In this document: piece by piece, positions 12,926-25,432 of the stretch
Layout of the letters: every line of letters begins with the position of its first letter
How positions within the stretch are numbered: position 1 is the first letter of the stretch
From: Octopus sinensis
Taxonomy: Eukaryota
Length of the DNA: 64,000 nucleotides
Direction: 5' to 3'
Assembly: GCF_006345805.1 (NCBI RefSeq)
Contig: NW_021835992.1
Span: forward strand, 62,001 to 126,000
The notes under the pieces: generated by a model
Database searches by the model: none
The model's input: only the letters and a program-made list of their open reading frames with translations
Told to the model about the DNA's origin: nothing
Made by a program: the position numbers and the translations under genes

Positions 12926-14328
12926 AATAAGGTTATATCAAAGCAGTCGCATTTATATATCTACATAAATTTATAGTTATTTAAGGAAACTGCGAGCGTA
13001 GCGAGCAGGGCCTCCGCAGGAGCTAGCTCGCAGTGAGCGAAGCGAACTGCTGAGCTAGTCTTAAATATAATGCTCATAGTGTTAATTAATCAAGAAAAAC
13101 CCTAAATAATAATTAAAAATATTCATATTAAATAAAATTCTATTTTTATATAATGGTTAACCTTTATAAAAATAATTATCATAAACGGCTTTATTTATAT
13201 ATGTCATTACCTGCTAAAAGACGACGTTTTTTGAATGAAGAAAAAAGAAAATTTAATATCAACTGGGAAAGTGAATACTTCGTAGTCGAAACAGACAACA
13301 ATAGCATGCAATGCTTATTGTGCCATGAGATTGTGAAAACTATAAAACGGGACAATGCTAAACAACATTTTCAAAGACATTTAGACCACCTAGTTGTCAA
13401 GTCCAAGTGTTCAAGAGAAGATTCCGTCGAAAATTTAAACAAAAAAATGTTTAAAAACTTTTTTAAATGAGGCAAATGCAAGAGTTGAAGCATCCTTTCG
13501 AGTTGCTCATATCCTTGAATCTGCTGGAAAACCTTTTTCAGACGGCGAACTTGTGAAAAAATGTATCATGGAATCAGTTAAATGCATTGATCCCGACAAG
13601 GAGCATAACTTTGAAGCAATTCCACTTTCACGTGACACAATTCAGCGCCGACAGTTTCATATTGCCGAGCATCTTAATCTATCACTCCTACAAAATTAAA
13701 TTCTCAAACTACGTTATTTTCACTTGATTGATGAGTCGAATGATATATGTAATTCTGATCATATTTATTCGTACTCTATCCTTCGATTTAAAATACATGA
13801 GGATTTTCTATCCATAAGGTCACTACCTGGAAATTTACGGGGTCAAGATATATTTGAAATAGTTAAACAATGTTGTTTGGAATTCAAATTGGACATGACA
13901 TGTCTCATCATTGATTGATCTCATTGATGACAAAATAATTAATTATGACGATCTTACACCAAATACATTTAATACTATATTCGATTATATTTTGAAACAA
14001 TTTGAAGAGCGATTTAACGAATTTAAAAAAATTGAATTCAAACTTCAATTAACTGCAGCACCACATACTGTTTTCGATTGAGAATGCGCCATTGGAATTT
14101 CAAATGAATTATTTAAATTAAAAAATGATTTAATTGATAAATAAATTTAATGAAAGCGAAGATTTGTTGAATGTATGGAAATCAGCGACAGATTATCCAA
14201 ATTACGTGAAATGGCAAAAAATATTCTCGTTTTATTCGGAAGCACATATTTATGTGAATCTACATTTTCCAAAATGAAATATTTAAAAAGTCAATATAGA
14301 TCTCGGATAACGGATGCACACTTAGTAT

Positions 14329-14625
14329 GTGATGGATCTCTCGAAAAGCAAAAATCTTTATTACCTGGGAGCAAACCGTCAACTGTCGTGGCTCGTACGC
14401 AGATCATATAGCAAATCAGAGAAAGAGGAGTGTGAGGATCCTCAAAGCTTAACCAGGTTCCATCTGGATCCGGAAACGTACATCTACGTATACAAAACGT
14501 GTGTGCAGCCAGTCCTCACATATGGCTACGAAGACTGGTACGGTACGGAACAGAGTGACTACCTGATCGAACAGTTGGAAAAGACAAGACTTTTCGCTAT
14601 GAAATTGGCTTACGGAGTTTTGCAA
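14329..14625 (+). mobile_element. 3' fragment of the Jockey-like LINE seen at 19.5-22.8 kb
   Basis: Near-identical to about 22313-22600 (gtgatggatctctcgaaaag...ttggcttacggag). Confidence 0.85.
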
Positions 14626-14769
14626 ACAAAAATTTAATTTGCTTTTGATTATGGAGTTCCGGATTTCTGTTATTAATGAATGTCCACCCTTAAGTAAAAA
14701 TACACAATATTCAGGCACATCCGTTATGTCTAAACATACAAACCACACAAAAACAACTCAAAAGCACGT

Positions 14770-15040
14770 GTTCGTGTAACCCGTCCTCTCTCACAGGGAA
14801 GGTGAATTGTGGTCACTGCTTGAGTCCACGTGACCATTTTGGCTGTCTCGAAAGGGAGGTAACTCAAAGAAGTCTTCTCCTATGTCCACCAGACAGACTC
14901 GTCTCCGTTCCCCTCCGACAAGTCAAAAACATGAACGGACTCCGTTTCGGACGACGCTACCAAATATTTCTCGCAAAATGTCGATGACGTCATATTTACA
15001 TTTCTATCACTTAAATTTACCCACCATGTCTGAATAGTCC
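14770..15040 (-). pseudogene. WIPI/ATG18-like beta-propeller fragment
   Basis: KYLVASSETESVHVFDL and TSLSYLPFETAKMV..AVTTIHLP resemble WIPI2 (FLSASSNTETVHIFKL ... STSYLP ... AFATVRLP, recalled from memory). An in-frame TAG is present. Confidence 0.55.
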
Positions 15041-15098
15041 TCCTACAAACTAAAAAAAAGTGTGTTCTTGGCTGGATCATAAACTTAGATAACAACCC

Positions 15099-15320
15099 CC
15101 TGTCGGCTCAATCACGGAGAAATCACCGTGATGCTAAAAACTGCCAAATAATCACGGGAGTGGGAGAAATTAACAATTCCAATACTTTCCTCAAAACAGA
15201 CGAATTTTTGAGGTCATTTTTGCCCACGCGGAGGACAGTGAGGTGATTCTTGGTCCCTGAAAAGGCAATCCAAGAAAAACAAATCGCCAGGGCATCCTCA
15301 CATGATTAAGCATCGACAGG
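15099..15320. mobile_element. Small MITE-like element with ~20-bp imperfect terminal inverted repeats
   Basis: cctgtcggctcaatcacg at left versus catgattaagcatcgacagg at right. No clean TSD. Confidence 0.45.
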
Positions 15321-16338
15321 AGATAATCCTATTTATAAATGAAATTTAAAGAATTATCTAGATACCTAAATATTTTAATATAATTGTTATATATTTTTAA
15401 TGCAATTTGTATTAATTAAATAAATAAAATTTCTAATTATTTCACGTGATTATTTTTCTTGTTATTCGTTCCGTTTTTGTATCGTTTTCCTAAATGATGT
15501 TATAAAACGGAAACAAAAAATTTTGGTTTCTACGCGGTATGTTTCCTCATGTCGTAGTTCTTGCCAAATACATTTCTTAATTATGTTCTACTTATAAATA
15601 TTAAAATTTTCAAAAATATTCGAATATTTCCAGTTCTTAAGCAAAGGCTATTCATATCCAGTGATATTAGTAAGGATTATTTTAAACTTTTCGTGCTATG
15701 AGTAGACTTTTTGAATTTTTTAATTCCAGTGGTGTTAGTTTGTTCTATTAGGATAGTGATCCGATTCATTAGTTATGTTCTTCCTGTATGTGACATCGTT
15801 TTTATTAACTGTATAGCTTGGCTCTTGACAGTTTCTCTCACTACAAGTAATTGACAGATTGGCTATAGATTTAACTACGCGAGAAATTAAATTAGCACCA
15901 AGTTTGCTGTTCGACTGAAACAGTATGACGATTTTAGCCATATTGTCGTAGATTTACCTAATGAAAGCTTTCATGTCGATTTGTTTGATCTTAAAAGCTT
16001 TAAAGTTTATTAGTCATTATTGTAGATTTAAGAAGCAGCTGAATGATCGAGATTCTGCTGGTAACTTTCTCGGTTTCGGGTTTGCTTTTACTTATGCCAG
16101 AATCTCCGATTGAGTTTGAGAGTGACTTACCATCGACATTTTATCACACACGGATTCCAAATATGAATTGATTTCGGATGAAATGTCGAGCTTTTTAGCG
16201 TTTAATCAGCTGCATTACAATAAAAAGAAAAATTATAAGACAAAAGAAACTAATGGACGTTCTAATTCGGAGTTATAGTAATTAGCTTTCTTGTTCTCTT
16301 TTTTGCTCTTGAAAATATTAAATACTGTAGTTAGAAAC

Positions 16339-16431
16339 AACCCTCGCGAGTTCAACCGGGTCTTTGAGCGTATCTCAATAGCCGTTCTTAGGGGGAATAG
16401 TTTCTCAATTCTCTCTGCGGATAGTCTCTGA
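16339..16431 (+). mobile_element. CRE-like retroelement extreme 3' fragment
   Basis: NPREFNRVFERISIAVLRGNSFSIL matches the end of the 60840-62726 ORF (QRILLAVMRGNSCSL). Confidence 0.7.
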
Positions 16432-16609
16432 TCGCCTTTTGTTTCGTTTATTTCAATTACCATTCTAATAAATGGCTAAACATTAAAAAAATTGTTGCAA
16501 ACTATTTTAAATTGAGTTATTCATAGTGCAATAATTGGAAATTCAACAATTTTTTTTTAAATTTATAATAGCATTTTTAAGCATCTATATTTTTTTAGGA
16601 CAATCTTCG

Positions 16610-17262
16610 TCTCTTATGCCCAACTATTATAGTCGGTACATAGAGGTCCTCGTCCACTCGTATTCCTGATTCAGAAGAATCCTTCGGTTGACACTCAATC
16701 ACTGCTTGCTCCTCTTCGGGAACCGATATTCCATGTCTTGTCTCCACCTACATACTCTCCAATGTTTTTCTTAAAACGAGTGTTTGGATATATGCCTTCA
16801 CTCTGTCTTCCACTGCGATAGAATCCAGATGACTTTTGAAGAATCTTGAGACAATTCCATCCCATGTAAGTACAACAGGAATTATCTTCACTTTAGCCCG
16901 ATGAATCACCCCTAATTCATTTGCCAAAAAATCATATTTGTGGAACTTTTCCACTTCAACTTGCTTTAGGCAATTTTGTGAAGTAATCCCAACTTCAATG
17001 AGTGTAATTGTATTCTTTATCTTGTCATGGACAAAAATATCTGGTTTATTGTTTGAAACAGCCGTATCCGTAGGAATAGTTGTGTCCAGTCGAATTTCCA
17101 CAACTTCATTGGCGACAACAGATTGAACTGAGTGAATTTTTAATTTCTTCGTTTTTCTTATCCCGTATTGGCAGCATAAATGCAAATGTAGACATTTGAC
17201 AACTTCATTATGCCGTCTTAGGTAAGAGCTGTTCAGCATTCGTCAACATCTGGTAGCAATTG
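16610..17262 (-). mobile_element. R4-like RLE retroelement, 5'-truncated 3' fragment
   Basis: ORF 16748-17239: RRHNEVVKCLH..NKPDIF..LIEVGITSQ..KFHKYDFLANELG. Confidence 0.9.
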
Positions 17263-17709
17263 GAAATTCATATTAAATAATTAATTTATTGAAAAGTCAT
17301 GGAACAAAATCAAATTAATATTTAGCTGCATTCTTTTTTGCGTTAGTCATACTTCTTCCAATCTTGTTTGTATTTTAGAAAAAAATAAACTTTTTGAAAT
17401 TATAAATGTAGTAATATTTTCCCATTCTTCATAGCAAAATTTTTTATAATTTTTCAATTCATGAATGTTTTTCAATTTTTTTAACTAACTTTTATTTTTA
17501 AAATTTCAATAAATGTTCGATTAAACCAAGATCTGGCAATTGGCTTGGTCATTTCAAAACTTATTTCTTCGTAGTCATTCAACAGTCATTTTTGATTATG
17601 TTTTAGATCGTTGTCATGGTTGAATGTCCATTGTTGTGTCAAATTTATTTAGTGATCGAACGTAACAGACATTTTTCTAGGATTTTGCAATACTTGATCA
17701 AATATATTA

Positions 17710-18720
17710 TGTCACAGTCCGAATATAAAATACACGCCGATATAATTACATTTCTTTAATTTACTGAAATTAAAAATTTACACAACAAAATGTTTAATTA
17801 TTATTAAAATATGATTTTTAATGTAAAATTCATTAACCTTTTTTACTAATTTATATAAACAACAAAACCACACTCAATTTACGCAGTTAACTTATACGTT
17901 TGAATATTGTTTCCATTTTAGGTTATCCTAATAAAATTTTCATATAAAATTTATCGTTAATTTAAATAAAAATTATTTTTTATATGGATTTATGAAAATT
18001 AATCAATTTTAGCTAATCGAGAAATATGAATTCGTGTGAACCGCTCACCGTCCTCCTTTTTCGATAACATAGAGATCATTCTTCGCTCCGACAACAATAT
18101 ACTTATTAACATCAAGTCCATCGTACAGCGGATACTGCCGAACATTGGCATCGTTGTCCTGATCTAAAAATTAATTTGACGATTGAGACCTTAAAAGCAC
18201 AGTCGTTCCGACATTGATATTTTCTTCGTGTATCTGTCCCTACATCTCCTTGCAATGATGGCGTAATCGGAGGCTTCGTAGACATAATTTTTTCGACTAA
18301 AGAATATTTACTAAAAGGAGTTATTATCTGACAGAAAGCACAATTCGAAATCACCTTAGAGATTCTTCTCTATTCAATCCATAATAGAGATTTCTTAATT
18401 TCGAAAAAAGCCGGTCCTCTCCAAAGTGGGTTATAGTTATGTTCCGCCTAAATTTTATTTATTAAGTTGGACCTCAACGCACTTAAGCTTAATTCGATTT
18501 CATCTTCACAGAAAAAACGCAATTAAGCCCATTTTTTCGAAAATATGTTTTTCCATTTTCAAAATGAGAAAGTTCTTTTCCCAATTTTGTGAGCCTGTAT
18601 CGCTCATGCCGCCTCGATTGACGATTATATCAAAGTTGGAGTCTTTTCATTTCTTTGATTTGTCCAGTGTTTCCTTAAATAATCTCACTACAACGCATGT
18701 TTCACGCTTTTTTAAATAAA
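17710..18720 (-). mobile_element. Degenerate Ginger/Gypsy-integrase-like DNA transposon
   Basis: Zinc-binding segment (GEDRLFSKLRNLYYGLN..VISNCAFCQ) and C-terminal DQDNDANVRQYPLYD homologous to 29440-29679. Terminus TGTCACAGTCC at 17710. Confidence 0.55.
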
Positions 18721-19248
18721 AAATAATAATGGTGATTCTACTAAAATAAATAATCAATTATGTTTTTTTTCATACTAATATCTTATTGCAGAAAAAATCC
18801 ATATTTTTTGATAGTCTCATCATTTTTTCCATATCAAATTTGGAACTTGATCAAATAATTATTCTATTCATTACAAATATTTCACCGAAGCCTTTTGATG
18901 AAAGCAGCTCCTCATTATGATATTTCCTCCCTAGTGCTTTATGGTGGTTATGGGTGTATTTTTGGTATGTGTATTTTTGGTTATATATTTTTGAGGCCCG
19001 CCGTGATAGATACATAGCCGATCTCATTGACTTAGGAGATATTCGGAAATAAACGATTCAAATTCATGGGTATTACCATTGTTTATTTTAGTCTTGTCAT
19101 CATTGATTCGTTTTCAAAGTATGCAGTTGTTGAATTATCTAAAACTAAGAGCAGAAAAAAAATATCTAGTCTCTTCAGAAATATTTTCTATCTATATTAA
19201 TAAAAAAGTTTAACTAAATTTTAAAAATTCTCTAAGTTAAGAGATACC

Positions 19249-19276
19249 GCGGCCGTAGGCCGCATAGGGGACTAGT
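19249..19276 (+). mobile_element. Second Helitron 3' terminus
   Basis: Hairpin gcggcc-gta-ggccgc followed 8 nt later by CTAG|T. Confidence 0.6.
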
Positions 19277-19499
19277 TAAATTTTTATATCAAACACTTGT
19301 GGGTTAGAATAGTTTTTTATTGACAGTTTTTAAGATTTGATTTTTAAAATATTAGAGTTTAAAATCATTTAAATAAAAATATAATGTTTATTTATATATT
19401 TGCCCTTTAGAAAAATTGTAAGCATGGTGCGTTTTGTTTCTGGGTTGTGAATCCGTTTTACCTGGTACAAAAATCCCAAGAGGCAATGCTATCGATGTT

Positions 19500-22400
19500 A
19501 CAAATTTGGACACATCTCGTTATACTGTAAAGAGACAGTGCGCTGTTTGTTGTGTGGTGATGCACACGATCGCACCCAATGTACGATCGTAACACACGTC
19601 AAACTCCCGTGCATCAACTGCGGATCACATGGACACCGGGCGAACTGGTTGGGCTGTCCGGTGGCGAAACAATCGACAAAGAAGAAACTGGAAGTGACTC
19701 CCACTAAGAGAAATCGTGTAAATGCAATACAAATGTCTGGATACCAATGTCTTGGTCGAAGAAGAAGTTACTTAATCCGAAATGCGATATTGGTGTTCAA
19801 ACTGACGTTATCGTCAAGAACTTGATCGAATCCGGAAGTCAGACCTGCTTCATTAACACGGGAATTCAAACGGACCCATGCCCAGAAACAAACCCGCCGC
19901 CCGAAGGCGAGAGAGCAGTGAGAGAAATGAAGAAACTGCAGTAGCAAAATCTGGAGTTCAGCTGCCAAGCCCTGAAGCCCGGCTGGAGGACGATGGGACG
20001 CCTCCAGAGCCGGCTGAAACCGGTGGCAAACGGAAAGCAGGCAGACCCCCTTTACCGAAAAAGGTGGCGCTCCCACGGGAGGTCAGCCACCAATGTCGGA
20101 AGGATTCCTTGCTCTGACAATTCTAAATGCCCGCTCGCTTGCGAGACGGGCATCGGAGCTGAGGCTCCTGCTGGCCACAGCGAAGTCTCACATATTGATT
20201 ATCAATGAGACTAAGCTGAAGGAAGCTACGAGGGTGGAATTCGAAGGCTATAAGTCTATTAATATACCATGGAAAATAAAATCAGTGGCGGGGACAGGAA
20301 CCTCAGTCTACTACAGGGCGAACCTTAAGGTAAGAAACATCAGAATTGTGGAGGAGTCACTCTGTGAACTTATTGTGCTCGAGCTGCACACGACTGCTGG
20401 CTGGCTAACCGTCGGGGGATGTACTCAAAGTCGCTAAGGCGCTATTCAAACGTTATTGGGACGTTCTTTGAGGAAAATTGCCTGTCAATCCTAGCAGGAG
20501 ATCTTAATGCCAAAAATGTGAGTTATGGATGTGAAACTACGAATATGGATGGAACTGTCCTTGAGGACTTGGCCAGTAGCTTGGGTTTTTCGGTCTTTAC
20601 ATCGGAAGAACTGAATCATTATGCAGACAGAGGCAGGGCTGATCGCTTGGGTCTCTTTCTATGCTCGGCATCAATTAGTCCTTATGTTACATACCGAGGT
20701 TGGAAGCGGACATTGGCTCTGACCACGTGCCGCAAACGATGTTGATAAAGATGACTATGAATGTTACGGAGGACTTGTTCATTGGTTACAACCTCGTGAA
20801 CATGAACTGGAGTTTTATTCGAATCATATATGCGGGATTCTCTTCGAAATGTCGTGTCCAGCCTCTGAGAAGCAGAGAATATTGACAATCTCGATGATCA
20901 CCTTAGATCGTCAATCATAAAATTCCTGGATGTTTATCCATTAAAAATGTATGGAACCCAAAGGAACGCAAAAGCGGATGAATTCGAAACTTGTCACTCT
21001 GATCAGAACGAAAGGTACCCTGGAAAATCGCAGGAGAAGAGTCGGTTGAGTCAATCAAATGCCGCCTGAAATTGGAGATCGACAAGATAAAATTCTACTA
21101 TTGCAAAAATGGCCAAGACTGAGGTCGAAAGTAAATGGAGGTCTGAATGCAGAAAAACTGGATAAGCGAAACCCTAATTTCTGGAAAGCATATCAACGCC
21201 TTACCAGAAATGATGCAAAAGGATTTGAAATTTCACTAAAAAGAACCAGACGGGAAAATATCTCCTCTGATCGTATCCCGGAAGTACTCAGGAACCAACT
21301 TAGTCAGGTTCAAGAGGTCGAATCTACCGTTCCACGAGGGACTTATGACCGAATTGTGAAGAAGCTTGGCTCTTCGCAATTATCGGAGGGACCATTATGT
21401 GGGGCAATAACAGGAAGAGGTTGAAAGGGCAATTGCTGGGTTGAAGAACAAGGCGCCTGGCTTCGACTACATCCCTCCGAAGTTGTTAAAGAAGGCCCTG
21501 AAATCTTGATACGAGCAGCTTGACTATGTTGTTCACGCCAGCTGGACGTTCGGACACCTTCCATCGGCGGTGTGGAAGCATACGATTGTTCGAATGATTC
21601 CAAATCTGGTAAATCGACACTGCTGGCACAGAACTACCGGCCAATTAGCCTCATTTGTGCTTTCTCTAAGACAATGGAAAAGATTGTCTTTAACAGACTC
21701 TCTGGTCATATAGAATCACAAAATTTGCTTTTACCTGAACAATGGGGATTTCGTGGAGGAAGATCCACAGGGGACTGCCTCAGGGAGTTAGAGCCAATTA
21801 TCCCGTGCTGACAGAAAGAAGCATGGCTCATGGCTAATGTGGTGTGTCTGGATCTGGCCAAAGCCTTCGATAGCGTGTGGCACCTGGGCCTACTCTCCAG
21901 AATCCATGACATCGGAGCCGGGATAAAGACCTATCGATGGCTGGAGAGCTTCTTGTCAGGAAGACAATCATTTGTCCGCTGTGGAAACCGCCTATCGGGG
22001 TGTGTGGAAACTTAGAAGGGGAGTCCCGCAGGGATCTATCTTGAGTCCACTTCTGTTCAACCTCTTCTTGGCGGACATTCCTCTGCCGTCGACACGTACT
22101 GGCAAGCTCGTTATCTATGCTGACGATATCCTGGTCATGGATACCTCGAAAAGGATATCGCAGTCCTGGAGACGACTGAAATCATACATTGCAACGCTAA
22201 AGATGTGGACTATAGAGAAGGGTTTGACCCTAGCATCGGAGAAGAGCACCATTTCATGGTTGCGGAGGGGAGTCGCTATGCGGAGTCTTGTGCATATGCG
22301 ATGAGTAGCTATGTGATGGATCTCTCGAAAAGAAAAAAAATCTTTCTTACCTGGGAGCAACCATTAACTGTCGTGGCTCGTACGTAGAGCATATAGCAAA

Positions 22401-22810
22401 TCAGAGAAAGAGGAGTGTGAGGATCCTCAAAAGCTTAACCAGGTTCCATCTGGATCCGGAAACGTACATCTACGTATACAAAACGTGTGTGCAGCCAGTC
22501 CTCACATATGGCTACGAGGGCTGGTACGGAGGAGAGTGACTACCTGATCGAACAGTTGGAAAAGACAAGACGTTTCGCTATGAAATTGGCTTACGGAGTA
22601 CAACTTGACGGAAGGCTAAAAGACTCACAAGAATCCTCTGTGCCCACGATCCGGATGGTCTTGGAGAATTGTCGTCAAACATGACTAGTATTGGGGATAC
22701 GCATGGAAAGAGACACTTCGGTGCCTTGTTTTTATCTCCCCGCCGATGTTTTTCTTCCTTGTTTTTCTTTTTCTTTTCGCTCAATAAACACTATTCTATT
22801 CTATTTTACA
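19500..22810 (+). mobile_element. Jockey/I-group LINE (ORF1 zinc knuckles, APE endonuclease, RT), heavily frameshifted
   Basis: CLLCGDAH..CINCGSHGHRANWLGCP; LNARSL..INETKL; AGDLNAK; YRPISLIC; LDLAKAFDSVWH; GVPQGSILSPLLFN; YADD. Confidence 0.88.
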
Positions 22811-22937
22811 CAAAAATCAAATAAAATTACTTATTTAAAATTTAAAAAGCACTTTGAAAGGGTATGTTGGTTTTGTGAGCAATGATAAAATCAGAAACAG
22901 CTCAAGAAATTATTTAAACATGGTCTAATTTATTGTA

Positions 22938-24234
22938 CAGTCCGACCCCCAAATGGGGCACCAAGTGCCCAAAAATGCGCGGGGTGCCCCAAAACAGGGG
23001 TTGTTATTTTTTTTAAAAATTAAACCATTAATAAAACATCAAAAAACATTTTTACTAAAATATTCAGTATTTCTTTTTATTTGTAGAGTTTTGTCTATAT
23101 TGTTCGTCAATTTCAGCCGAAAATCAAAAAAATCTCGGAGCATACTTGGTGCAACATTAAATTTTTTCTTCTAAATTGTTAAGCAGATCTTTGTTTTTGC
23201 TACGACATTTTCACTATTTTCGGTTTCTGAATCTGTATCATAAACATTATTGTTCATGTCTTCGCATTCTCCATCAATTGTTTCGTTAACAACTTGATCT
23301 AAATGTCATCTGTTGTTAGACAGTTTTTTGTTGCATAAGAATCACGGTTCCTGTCGATTTTCTTCCAACAATTAACAATACTTTTAGCATCTATTTCTCC
23401 CATCCTTAGAAGAACAGTGAGTCTTTCTTTTCCCTTGTTTAAAACCAAACACGGTTCGCCTTGTTCAACAAAATGATTTTTGAGGAGTTCTTTATAAAAA
23501 GCGCAGTTTCATCAACATTTAAATATATTCTCAGGTCCATATTTAATACTTTTGGTCATATTTTTCAAAATAATTTTTCACATAAGATAAATCACATGAA
23601 GCTTTTTTCCCACATATTGACTTGAATTGAAGTTCATGCCGCAATTTAAATCTTATCAAGCCACCCATTGGAAGCTTTAAAAGAAGTAAATCCAATTTTT
23701 GAAGCTGTTACTAACAGGCAATTTTTTTTCAAATAGGGCCTGAAATCGGGAATTTTATCTACGTAGTCTTTGAAATATTTCAAAGACTTGATCATCAAAT
23801 TTATCTTTATCGGCTTTAAATGTGTCATATTCCTCAGAAATAGTATTGCCTGTGTGTTGCAAGGAAAGGTACAATATTTCGTTTTATTCTGATATTGTTC
23901 CTTTACTTGTGTTGTACTTTTTCATTAGTTGCCTCTCAGATAAATTTTTCTTCAAAATTTCTTTAGCAATCTTCAATTTAGTTTCGTAATCCATAACCAC
24001 AACAATAAAAATATAAATGAAAATAAAACAAAAAATAATTAATTTATTTAATTTTATTTTATTTTTAATTCCTTATAAATGATTTTATGGTGCCCCAAAA
24101 ATTCCATAATTTTTATCGATTTTTTTTTTTTCTGCCAAATGTACTTTTGGAATAAAGTGCCCCAAATTGCGGGGGGTGCCCCAAAATCCGAGGGTGCCCC
24201 ACCCCTGGGGTCTGCCCCATTTGGGGTCGGACTG
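22938..24234 (-). mobile_element. pogo/Tigger-like DNA transposon, internally deleted
   Basis: TIR cagtccgacccc(c)aaatggggca at both ends with TA TSD. Remnants FKASNGWLDK, ENIF.VDETALF, KGKERLTVL. Confidence 0.85.
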
Positions 24235-24499
24235 TATAACTATTTTCAGGATAAAATAAAACGATTTATACAATTTTTTGTGTGGTCCTTCCAAAAACCG
24301 GGTCCGCTCTAAAACCGGTGACACATAATTTTTGTACTTAGTTATACACATCTTAAAAATTTAATTTTTTATTTTTTAATGTGTGCCGTGGATTATTTTT
24401 TACGATTAGTGTACCGCGAGAATTATTTTTTGAAAAGTTCCGGTCTAACGCTTTTGAAATGTAGTTATCTCGTCGGGACGCCTCCGTCGCTTCGCCTGC

Positions 24500-24980
24500 G
24501 ACAAACTTGCTCTAGACTGAAAGGGTAACATGGAGACTATATTCTTCAAAAAATATTTCTTTTCATAAAACTCAATATTATCAAAAACGCCAGTAAATGA
24601 AGTGAGCAGAGAACTAATCTAAAAGGGCATAGCGAACACTTTTCTTTCAGGGAAAACAAGTCCCTGGTTAGTTGCGCCACCTCCGTCGACTCTTTTTCTG
24701 TGACAATGCTACCCAAGACTTGCAGGAACCCGGGTACCGCCAGTGCTCAGGCCGAAGAGTTAGAAGAGACGAAATACCTATGTATTTAGGACTCTATTGA
24801 GTTTGCCCCCTTGCCTTCGAAACCTCAGGAATCGTCGGCAAGACTGCGACTCAATTTCTCATTGACATTGAGAATTTCCTCAAAAACAAACGACCCGAGG
24901 GAGACGAGCTGGCTTTTTCAGCGAATCTCAGTAGCTGTTTTCCACAGAAACTGTCATTCAATACGCAGTGCAGCGTAGTT
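24500..24980 (+). mobile_element. Degenerate CRE-like RLE fragment
   Basis: PGTASAQAEELEETKY..EFAPLAFETSGIVGKTATQFL parallels AGSRANKAELSKCRKY..FWPIVVETSGVFG of the 628-aa ORF. Confidence 0.6.
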
Positions 24981-25109
24981 GAGCTGAAACTTAGGCTTTT
25001 GACTACTCTTTCAGCCACCTACCCTAGCTAGCATCTAACCTTTTCCTAATATAAATTGTCGAGTTGAAAAGGAATATATATGTGATCAACGGTGATTAAG
25101 GATCAAGGT

Positions 25110-25432
25110 GTCTAAACCGATTCCTCTCGGGACCGACAGAATTCTGTTATATAGAAGAGGCCAGCATATTGGAAAATCCATTAAATTTAATTATAACGAA
25201 AAAATGACACAGTAAAATTAGAAATATTTCAATAAGGATTGCCTTGTATTGAGATAAAAGAAAATTCAAGTTGGGAGCATAAAATAAGGTCAGGATCCAG
25301 AATAGAGGAGATCCGGTATATCGAAGATGAAATAACAGTGATTGTCAATGAGGTGAATCTGGGCTAGAAGTTTAGTTCTGTTTTTAAGGGAATTCCGGTA
25401 TACCAAGAAGTCGGTTTAGAGAGGTTTGACTG
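25110..25432. mobile_element. Possible pogo-type MITE remnant
   Basis: Right end gtcggtttagagaggtttgactg|ta; partial complementary tctaaaccga near 25110. Confidence 0.35.

Larger units (their letters stand above)
10329..13058 (+). mobile_element. Non-autonomous Helitron with internal tandem array and Pif1 helicase remnant
   Basis: A|TC start at 10329 followed by a GTCT microsatellite. GC-rich subterminal palindromes and CTAG|T at 13055-13059. Pif1 motifs inside. Confidence 0.82.
10256..14328 (+). mobile_element. hAT transposon remnant (Buster/SPIN/GTF2IRD2-like), interrupted by a Helitron
   Basis: 5' end caggggtgcgcaagtgcggcc is typical of this group. The degenerate transposase at 13200-14328 has a BED finger (CLLC..HFQRH), KPFSDGELVK, LSRDTI.RR, DES.D and FGSTYLCESTFSKMKYLKSQYRSRI. 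Confidence 0.82.

Noticed and set aside
14878-14882. Stop-codon reassignment suggested by the in-frame TAG in the WIPI-like fragment
   Set aside because: Intact genes (RPL19, lamin, p53, POU, INO1) have no in-frame stops after splicing and end in TAA/TAG. The fragment is more likely a pseudogene.
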